Source: Geobacter metallireducens GS-15 (lineage in GTDB: Bacteria > Desulfobacterota > Desulfuromonadia > Geobacterales > Geobacteraceae). Taken from it: a DNA stretch of 32,000 nucleotides. The notes beneath the pieces are model-generated. The model did no database searches. It saw only the letters and a program-made list of their open reading frames with translations, and was not told where the DNA came from. A program made the translations under genes and the position numbers. This document shows, piece after piece, positions 1 to 5,359 of this stretch; the first letter of the stretch is position 1; the number at the start of each line of letters is the position of its first letter. The stretch is taken from assembly GCF_000012925.1 (NCBI RefSeq), contig NC_007517.1:1770001-1802000 (forward strand), in the 5' to 3' direction.

Positions 1-2
1 GC

Positions 3-71
3 GTCTCCGTCGGCATCGAGGCCATCGACGACATAATCGAGGACTTTGCGGAGTCCCTCAACGCTATATAG
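3..71 (+). CDS. 3' end of a PLP-dependent Cys/Met-metabolism enzyme, probably O-acetylhomoserine sulfhydrylase (partial, begins upstream of the window)
   Basis: Frame 3 reads VSVGIEAIDDIIEDFAESLNAI then TAG at 69-71. The SVGIE..DDII.D tail resembles the conserved C-terminus of MetY/MetB/CysD-type enzymes. Only 22 codons are visible. Confidence 0.45.
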   Translation, partial: VSVGIEAIDDIIEDFAESLNAI

Positions 72-83
72 AAGGAGATTGCA

Positions 84-296
84 ATGAATTTGACGGTAAA
101 CGGTAAACCCTCCACGGTGGATGGTGCAGAGAGCCTGAACGTGACCGAACTCCTCTCGGCGCTCAAGGTGGCCCAGGCCGAGTATGTGACGGTGGAGCTG
201 AACGGCGAGGTGCTGGAGCGGGAGGCGTTCGATGCCACAACGGTAAAAGATGGCGATGCGGTGGAATTCCTCTACTTTATGGGCGGAGGTAAGTAA
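84..296 (+). CDS. ThiS/MoaD-family sulfur-carrier protein (HcyS/CysO-like), C-terminus GGGK
   Basis: 70 aa of ubiquitin-fold carrier size. GGAG Shine-Dalgarno about 8 nt upstream. Ends ...FLYFMGGGK. The stop overlaps the next start (TAATG at 294-298). Confidence 0.85.
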   Translation: MNLTVNGKPSTVDGAESLNVTELLSALKVAQAEYVTVELNGEVLEREAFDATTVKDGDAVEFLYFMGGGK

Positions 297-1105
297 TGTT
301 CACTGAAGAGCAGATCGAACGCTACTCCCGCCACATCATCCTGAAAGAGGTGGGAGGAAAGGGACAGAAGAAACTCCTGGAGGGGAAGGTGATGGTGATC
401 GGCGCCGGCGGCCTCGGTGCCCCCATCGCACTTTATCTGGCCGCAGCCGGGGTTGGCACCATCGGCATTGCCGACGCCGACGTGGTGGATCTTTCCAATC
501 TCCAGCGCCAGGTGATCCACTTCACCCCCGACGTGGGTAAGCCGAAAGTGGAGTCGGCCCGGGAGAAGATGGAGGCCATCAACCCCGACGTGACGGTGCG
601 GACCTACCAGGAGTGGATCTCCGCCGCCAACATCGCCCGGATCATCGCCGACTATGATTTCGTCATCGACGGCACCGACAACTTTGCCGCCAAGTTCCTC
701 ATCAACGACGCCTGCGTCATGGCGGGGAAACCGTACTCCCACGGCGGCATCCTCCAGTTCGTGGGCCAGACAATGACCATTAAGCCAGGGGAATCCCCCT
801 GCTACCGCTGCATCTTCCCGGCTCCGCCGCCAAAGGACGCCATTCCCACCTGCTCCCAGGCCGGTGTCATCGGCGTCCTGCCAGGAGTTATCGGCACTAT
901 CCAGGCCACCGAGGCGATCAAGTACCTGCTCGGAAAAGGTGCGCTGCTGACCGGTCACATCATGATGTATGACGCCCTGGAGATGAACTTCCGGAAGGTG
1001 AAGCTCAACCGGAACCGCAAGTGCCCCGTATGCGGCGATAACCCCACCGTGACGGAACTGGTGGACGAACTCGACGCCCTGAACGTCTGCGACCTGGAGA
1101 AGTGA
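296..1105 (+). CDS. ThiF/MoeB-type E1-like adenylyltransferase for the sulfur carrier
   Basis: Has the GAGGLG nucleotide-binding loop, DLSNLQRQ, and two CxxC pairs (CYRC, CPVC) typical of the zinc site of MoeB/ThiF. No rhodanese domain. Translationally coupled on both sides. Confidence 0.9.
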   Translation: MFTEEQIERYSRHIILKEVGGKGQKKLLEGKVMVIGAGGLGAPIALYLAAAGVGTIGIADADVVDLSNLQRQVIHFTPDVGKPKVESAREKMEAINPDVTVRTYQEWISAANIARIIADYDFVIDGTDNFAAKFLINDACVMAGKPYSHGGILQFVGQTMTIKPGESPCYRCIFPAPPPKDAIPTCSQAGVIGVLPGVIGTIQATEAIKYLLGKGALLTGHIMMYDALEMNFRKVKLNRNRKCPVCGDNPTVTELVDELDALNVCDLEK

Positions 1106-1506
1106 CCATGCTGACGATTCCCCGCGCGATCCACGCAGAGCTCATCGCTCATGCCCAAGCCGACGCCCCCATTGAGGCGTGCGGCATCCTCGGCGGTATT
1201 GACGGCGCCGTCTCGGCCATCTTCCGGATGGCCAACACCGACCAGAGCGACGAGCACTTCATGATGGACCCCAAGGAGCAGTTCGCCGTGGTGAAGGAGT
1301 TGCGGAACCGGGGGCTGGCGATGCTTGCCATCTATCACTCCCACCCGGAGACCCCGGCCCGGCCGTCGGAAGAGGATATCCGGCTGGCACTCACTCCCGG
1401 CGTTTCCTATGTCATCGCCTCCCTGGCCGGCGCGGAACCCGACGTGAAAGCGTTCCGCATTACTGACGGCGTGGTGGAGCCTGAGCCCATCGATATCGTG
1501 GAGTAA
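1102..1506 (+). CDS. JAMM/MPN+ zinc metalloprotease (Mec/HcyD-like)
   Basis: Complete JAMM signature: E(ACG) ... HSHPETPARPSEED, which is HxHx7Sx2D. The start is either GTG 1102 (GTGA overlap with the thiF-like stop) or ATG 1108. Confidence 0.85.
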   Translation: MTMLTIPRAIHAELIAHAQADAPIEACGILGGIDGAVSAIFRMANTDQSDEHFMMDPKEQFAVVKELRNRGLAMLAIYHSHPETPARPSEEDIRLALTPGVSYVIASLAGAEPDVKAFRITDGVVEPEPIDIVE

Positions 1507-1520
1507 AGGAGAGCAGACCA

Positions 1521-2483
1521 ATGTCTGACGAGAAGAAAAGCACTGACATCGACCTGAAAAATCTCAAGGCCGGCGGCTTCATCAAGGAGCGGGGGAAAGA
1601 CCTCTTCACCGTGCGCCTGCGGGTCCCTGGCGGACGCATGCCGGTTGCGCGCCTGAAAAAGATCGCCGAGGTGGCGGAGAAGTACGGCCAAGGGATGGTG
1701 CATCTCTCGGTACGCCAGTCGGTGGAGCTCATCAACATCAACTTCCGCGACTTCGACGCCGTGGTGGCCGAGCTCGGGGAGGGGACCCAAAAGGTGGCCT
1801 CCTGCGGTGCCCGGGTTCGGGTACCCACTGCCTGCGGCGGCTGTGAGTACAACCCCAACGGCCTCGTTGACACCCAGAAGTCGGCCTTGGAGGTGGACGA
1901 GAAGCTCTTCGGCACCTCCACCGGCCACCACAAGTTCAAGGTCGGCTTTGCCGGTTGCCCCTTCGACTGCCCCAAGTCGGCCACCAACGACGTGGGTTTC
2001 CAAGGGGCCATCTGGCCTGTTCTTTATGCTGACGAGTGCATCGGCTGCGGCCTCTGCGACAAATCGTGCACCGAAGACGCCATTGTCATGGGAGATGACG
2101 GCAAGCCACGCTTCATCCCCGAGAATTGCCTCTATTGCGGCGACTGCCTCAAGGTCTGCCCCTCCGAGGCCTGGCGGGCGGAAAAGAAGGGGTACACCGT
2201 GCGGATCGGTGGCAAGTGGGGGCGTCGTCCTCTGGTGGGCACACTATTCGCCGAGTTCCTGCCGGAGGAACAGGTGTTTGACTTCATCGCCGCTGTGCTC
2301 GACTGGTACAAGGAGAAGGCCGAAGGACAGGGGAGAATCAGGCTTGGCGACGTCATTCGCGCCGAGGGGCCCGACGCGCTCCTCGGCTACCTGCGGGAGC
2401 GGTTCCCGGCCGCTGTTGTTGATGCGACCATCCCCCCCCAGCGCATCGCCACCCAGATTGGAAAGGAGAAACGAGTACCATGA
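1521..2483 (+). CDS. Small sulfite/nitrite-reductase-family protein with inserted 2x[4Fe-4S] ferredoxin domain (DsrA/AsrC-like)
   Basis: NIR_SIR-type Cys clusters (TACGGCEY, GCPFDCPKS) plus two ferredoxin motifs (CIGCGLCDKSC and CLYCGDCLKVCP). 320 aa. Confidence 0.8.
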   Translation: MSDEKKSTDIDLKNLKAGGFIKERGKDLFTVRLRVPGGRMPVARLKKIAEVAEKYGQGMVHLSVRQSVELININFRDFDAVVAELGEGTQKVASCGARVRVPTACGGCEYNPNGLVDTQKSALEVDEKLFGTSTGHHKFKVGFAGCPFDCPKSATNDVGFQGAIWPVLYADECIGCGLCDKSCTEDAIVMGDDGKPRFIPENCLYCGDCLKVCPSEAWRAEKKGYTVRIGGKWGRRPLVGTLFAEFLPEEQVFDFIAAVLDWYKEKAEGQGRIRLGDVIRAEGPDALLGYLRERFPAAVVDATIPPQRIATQIGKEKRVP

Positions 2484-2704
2484 CAACCATCGATCTGCGC
2501 GGGGTGACCTGCCCCACCAACTTCGTCAAGGCCAAGCTGGCGCTGGAAATGGTCGATACCGGCGAGGTGGTCGAATTTCTCCTCGACGACGGCGAGCCGG
2601 TGAAAAACGTTCCCCGAAGCCTCAAGGGGGAGGGGCACAAACTCGTTGGCCTCAAGGAGGTCAACGGCTACTACATTTTGACCCTGGAGAAGGGGGATGA
2701 CTGA
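2480..2704 (+). CDS. TusA/SirA-family sulfurtransferase
   Basis: 74 aa with an N-terminal DLRGVTCPTNFVKAKLAL motif carrying the conserved Cys-Pro. ATGA start/stop overlap with the reductase gene. Confidence 0.8.
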   Translation: MTTIDLRGVTCPTNFVKAKLALEMVDTGEVVEFLLDDGEPVKNVPRSLKGEGHKLVGLKEVNGYYILTLEKGDD

Positions 2705-2742
2705 GGCGTGTGTACTTATGGATAATTGCCACGTCGGTAATG

Positions 2743-2802
2743 TGCAAAATAAAACGGGCCAAGTCTTGTGATTTGGCCCGTCATGTTTTCTCGTGAGTGA
2801 TG
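2743..2802. repeat. Copy A of a ~60-bp imperfect direct repeat (terminator hairpin plus a degenerate tRNA-Val 3' end)
   Basis: Hand alignment with 3285-3343 gives about 47 matches in about 62 columns. It includes tc(a/g)tgttttct and a 12-nt stretch resembling the tRNA CCA/acceptor end (tcgtgagtgatg vs tggtgggcgata). Confidence 0.7.
2754..2781. terminator. GC-rich hairpin, bidirectional intrinsic terminator (end of the tusA operon on +; better U-run on the minus strand)
   Basis: Stem ACGGGCCAA / TTGGCCCGT. The minus strand continues TTTTATTTTG (2744-2753) and the plus strand continues catgttttc. Confidence 0.6.
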
Positions 2803-3139
2803 TAAAATTCTTCGCAAAAAAACCAGGGGAGGGGACGAATCTAGCAAGAAGAATATAACACAGGACAATGCTCAGATTATCTAAAATGTCCTTAAATCGG
2901 CTGGGCACAGAAACTCTATTCTTCCGAATATTTGGACACAGGAAGGCAGTGGTCAAGCAGCCCAAATTATGACCCCTGCATCTATCTAGTAACAAATAAT
3001 TCCATAAATACATAGTATTACAATAATTAAGGAAGCATTCATATGGTGCCGAATTCCTCAATTGACCACTACCGAGGAACGGCAGTGGTCAAGTCTCGAA
3101 AAATGCCCATGACACAAAGGGCAGGGGTCAGTATTTGAA

Positions 3140-3167
3140 ATTATAAGGTCTGGTGATTTTGGGCCAA
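3140..3167 (-). promoter_or_regulatory. Candidate sigma70 promoter on the minus strand (TTGGCC-N16-TATAAT)
   Basis: Reverse complement of 3140-3145 is TATAAT and of 3162-3167 is TTGGCC, with a 16-nt spacer. No annotated gene lies downstream before the terminator at 2754-2781. Confidence 0.4.
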
Positions 3168-3196
3168 TGGGCACGATTTGGGCACAAAATGGGCAC
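3168..3196. repeat. Three direct TGGGCAC heptamers with exact 11-bp phasing
   Basis: TGGGCAC at 3168-3174, 3179-3185 and 3190-3196, separated by gatt and aaaa. A fourth isolated copy lies at 2902-2908. Confidence 0.8.
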
Positions 3197-3284
3197 AGGC
3201 TTGACAAAAAAGTACGGGAATTGTTTGGGAAGAGTATTTTGGAGGTTGGATGATGTTTTAGTGAGTTTTGTAACTTGCTGTAAT

Positions 3285-3343
3285 TGCAATAAAAACCGGC
3301 CAAGTTTCTTGACTTGGCCGGTCGTGTTTTCTGGTGGGCGATA
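3285..3343. repeat. Copy B of the ~60-bp imperfect direct repeat (genuine tRNA-Val terminator plus the tRNA 3' end)
   Basis: See copy A. One stem base pair differs by a compensatory G-C to C-G flip between the two copies. Confidence 0.7.
3295..3322 (-). terminator. Intrinsic terminator of tRNA-Val
   Basis: 11-bp stem ACCGGCCAAGT / ACTTGGCCGGT with loop ttcttg. On the minus strand it is followed by TTTTTATT. Confidence 0.75.
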
Positions 3344-3406
3344 CTGGGTTTGAACCAGTGACCCCTGCCGTGTGAAGGCAGTGCTCTCCCGCTGAGCTAA
3401 TCGCCC
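3332..3406 (-). tRNA. tRNA-Val, anticodon CAC, CCA encoded
   Basis: The reverse complement GGGCGATTAGCTCAGCGGGAGAGCACTGCCTTCACACGGCAGGGGTCACTGGTTCAAACCCAGTATCGCCCACCA folds as a 75-nt cloverleaf. It has a 7-bp acceptor stem, D arm GCTC/GAGC, anticodon stem CTGCC/GGCAG with loop TTCACAC, and T arm ACTGG-TTCAAAC-CCAGT. Confidence 0.93.
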
Positions 3407-3420
3407 AAAAAAGTAGAAAG

Positions 3421-3449
3421 TTAATAACAAAACCGTTAAACCATGTCAA
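3421..3449 (-). promoter_or_regulatory. Promoter of tRNA-Val (TTGACA-N17-TATTAA)
   Basis: On the minus strand, TTGACA lies at 3449-3444 and TATTAA at 3426-3421. The -10 element ends 14 nt upstream of the mature tRNA 5' end. Confidence 0.6.
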
Positions 3450-3535
3450 GCTTTGAATTTTATTCGGAGGGACGAGAGGTATTGAGTAAGTTTAAGTGAT
3501 AGTAAAAAATCGTTATACTTTCCGTTGAATACACC

Positions 3536-3565
3536 TTGACAGCCAATCGGCGCTGTTGATATAGT
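3536..3565 (+). promoter_or_regulatory. Promoter of the crotonase/B12 operon (TTGACA-N18-TATAGT with TGn extended -10)
   Basis: TTGACA at 3536-3541 and TGaTATAGT at 3557-3565, about 35 nt upstream of the first start codon. Confidence 0.55.
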
Positions 3566-3601
3566 CCGTCACTGCGGTTTTTATCGGTACTAAAACAGGA
3601 G

Positions 3602-4387
3602 ATGGTTTTGAGCGCAAAACAGATTGCCGTCAGGCATGATGATGCCATTGCCGTTGTTTCTTTGGCCAGACCTGAGTCACGTAACGTCTTGAGTCGAGAT
3701 TTGGTTTTGGGTTTGCTCTCTACATTCACCTCGCTTAAGGACGATGGGCGGGTGAAGGGGATTGTGGTTACTGGTGAGGGAAAGAGTTTCTGTGCCGGCG
3801 CTGATATCTCCGAGATGGCCCGCATGAGTCCCGCCGAGGCGTCGTCATTCGCCGAGCTGGGGCAACGGCTCATGTTTGCCGTCGAGAGGGTCGGAAAACC
3901 GGTGGTGGCTGCTGTGAACGGTCATGCTTTTGGTGGCGGGCTTGAACTGGCGCTGGCTTGTGATTTCATTGTTGCTGCAGAGTCAGCAGTCTTCGCCGCT
4001 CCCGAGGTTCTTCTCGGCGTCATGCCCGGCTTCGGCGGCACGCAGCGTCTGCCGCGGTTGATCGGCAAGTCACGGGCAAAGGAGATGATATTCACCGGGG
4101 AGCGGATAAATGCGGCGAAGGCCCACTCCATTGGGCTTGTCAACCGTGTTGTCTCTGATGAGAGGCTTCTCGCTGAGACAGTCTCGTTGGTCAAGAATAT
4201 CTGCAACCGTGGGCTTCTTTCCCTCCGCGTGGCGAAGGAGGTCATCGACGCCGGGGCGGGTATCGATCTTGCCACAGCCTGCTTGATGGAACGCGATGCC
4301 TTTGCGCTTTGCTTTTCCACTGACGACCAAAAAGAAGGGATGCGCGCCTTCATGGAAAAGCGGGAACCCCGCTTCACCGGACGGTAA
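3602..4387 (+). CDS. Enoyl-CoA hydratase/isomerase (crotonase) family protein, canonical catalytic Glu pair present
   Basis: Contains FCAGADI, GGGLELALACD and AAPEVLLGVMPGFGGTQRL. AGGAG abuts ATG 3602, so TTG 3608 is an alternative start. Confidence 0.9.
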   Translation: MVLSAKQIAVRHDDAIAVVSLARPESRNVLSRDLVLGLLSTFTSLKDDGRVKGIVVTGEGKSFCAGADISEMARMSPAEASSFAELGQRLMFAVERVGKPVVAAVNGHAFGGGLELALACDFIVAAESAVFAAPEVLLGVMPGFGGTQRLPRLIGKSRAKEMIFTGERINAAKAHSIGLVNRVVSDERLLAETVSLVKNICNRGLLSLRVAKEVIDAGAGIDLATACLMERDAFALCFSTDDQKEGMRAFMEKREPRFTGR

Positions 4388-4400
4388 CTGGGAAGTGACC

Positions 4401-4931
4401 ATGAAACTGGAGCAAGGGTGTATTCAAATTTACACGGGTAATGGCAAGGGGAAGACCACTGCTGCCCTCGGACTTGCTTTTCGTGCCCTTGGCAGGGGCA
4501 TGAAGGTGTTCATGCTTCAGTTCATGAAGGGGGGAGGCCCCTATGGGGAACATGCTGCCGCAGAGCGGTTCGCTCCCGACTTTACTATAATCCAGACCGG
4601 GAGACCGGGGTGGGTTGATAGGGATAATCCCGATCCGGAGGATGCGCGTCTTGCCCGGGAAGCTCTCGAAACAGCACGCACTGCCTTGACCTCCGGGGAG
4701 TACGATCTGGTTATTCTTGATGAAGTAAACGGCGCCGTTTCTTTCGGCCTATTGCCAGTTGAGGATTTGCTGATACTCATGGAGCAGAGACCTTTGTGTG
4801 TTGAACTCGTTTTGACCGGCAGAAATGCTGATGAACGGGTCATCGCTGCCGCTGATCTTGTTACTGAAATGCGGGAGATCAAGCATTACTATCGAGCCGG
4901 TGTTCCGGCTCGAGTCGGAATAGAAAAGTAA
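4401..4931 (+). CDS. cobO: ATP:cob(I)alamin adenosyltransferase, CobA/CobO type
   Basis: P-loop YTGNGKGKTTAALG and DEV motif. I used ATG 4401 rather than the track start at 4296, which overlaps the upstream gene. Confidence 0.9.
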   Translation: MKLEQGCIQIYTGNGKGKTTAALGLAFRALGRGMKVFMLQFMKGGGPYGEHAAAERFAPDFTIIQTGRPGWVDRDNPDPEDARLAREALETARTALTSGEYDLVILDEVNGAVSFGLLPVEDLLILMEQRPLCVELVLTGRNADERVIAAADLVTEMREIKHYYRAGVPARVGIEK

Positions 4932-4943
4932 GGGGAGAGAGTC

Positions 4944-5348
4944 ATGACTGAAAGAACACTGCGTATTCTGGTGGGTAAACCCGGGCTCGACGGCCATGAC
5001 CGTGGGGCGAAGATTATTGCCCGAGCTTTCCGTGATGCCGGTTTTGAGGTCATTTATACGGGGCTCCATCAGACGCCGGAGCAGATCGTTTCCGCAGCCA
5101 TTCAAGAGGACGTTGACGCGGTTGGCTTGTCTATCCTCTCGGGTGCCCACAATGCGCTCCTGCCGCGGGTCTGCCAACTGCTCAAGGAGAAGAAGGCTGA
5201 CGATATCGTAGTTTTTGGCGGGGGCGTTATCCCCGATGACGATATTCCCGGGCTCAAACGGGCTGGCGTCAGCGAGGTATTTACGCCGGGAACCTCAACT
5301 GAGTCCATTGTGCAGTGGGTGCGTGAAAACGTGGCCCCGCGCGCATAG
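4944..5348 (+). CDS. Methylmalonyl-CoA mutase-family small subunit (B12-binding domain only)
   Basis: 134 aa with the DxHxxG cobalamin-ligand motif (LDGHDRG), a GLS..SG segment and a GGG..P segment. Confidence 0.9.
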   Translation: MTERTLRILVGKPGLDGHDRGAKIIARAFRDAGFEVIYTGLHQTPEQIVSAAIQEDVDAVGLSILSGAHNALLPRVCQLLKEKKADDIVVFGGGVIPDDDIPGLKRAGVSEVFTPGTSTESIVQWVRENVAPRA

Positions 5349-5359
5349 TACGTTATCCC

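Noticed and set aside
272-2003. Chain of minus-strand ORFs (272-958, 955-1521, 1407-2003, 1460-2011) and the +2 frame ORF 1807-2700
   Set aside because: All overlap the motif-bearing sulfur-carrier operon genes and are low-complexity (Gly/Arg/Pro/Ala/Ser rich). These are typical GC-rich alternative-frame artefacts.
2803-2875. Possibility of a full degenerate tRNA-Val pseudogene next to repeat copy A
   Set aside because: Similarity to the tRNA stops after about 12 nt of the 3' end. The following 60 nt do not align with the T arm or anticodon arm and cannot form a cloverleaf.
2938-2965. Resemblance of CAGGAAGGCAGTGGTCAAGCAGCCCAA to the GGAAGGAAGCAGCC core of SRP (4.5S) RNA
   Set aside because: An 8-nt insertion breaks the motif, the GGAA tetraloop helix cannot be drawn, and there is no complementary 3' strand with the conserved asymmetric loop.
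2387-3061. 224-aa minus-strand ORF starting at TTG 3061 in the AT-rich gap
   Set aside because: It reads straight through the strong hairpin/U-run terminator at 2754-2781 and then runs antisense into tusA and the sulfite reductase. It has no motifs, and composition changes abruptly at the terminator.
3168-3207. Sigma54 promoter reading of the TGGGCAC array on the plus strand (GGCACG-N4-GGGCA)
   Set aside because: The GG/GC spacing fits, but the conserved T residues of the -12 TTGC(A/T) box are replaced by G. The match also repeats simply because the heptamer period is 11 bp. It is kept only as an alternative within the main finding.
3058-3449. Track ORFs 3058-3303(-), 3128-3430(-), 3153-3353(+) and 3258-3449(-)
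   Set aside because: They cross the tRNA-Val gene and/or its terminator, lack ribosome-binding sites and look like random AT-rich translation.
3450-3601. Possible cobalamin riboswitch upstream of the B12-related operon
   Set aside because: The leader between the promoter (3536-3565) and the start codon is only about 35 nt. No B12-box-like sequence is present in the 150 nt upstream.
4296-4400. N-terminal extensions of several track ORFs (4296, 7124, 14548, 14694, 19945, 21929, 28256 and 29037 starts)
   Set aside because: Each extension overlaps an upstream gene, terminator or leader hairpin and lacks a Shine-Dalgarno. Internal starts with good ribosome-binding sites give products of canonical length.
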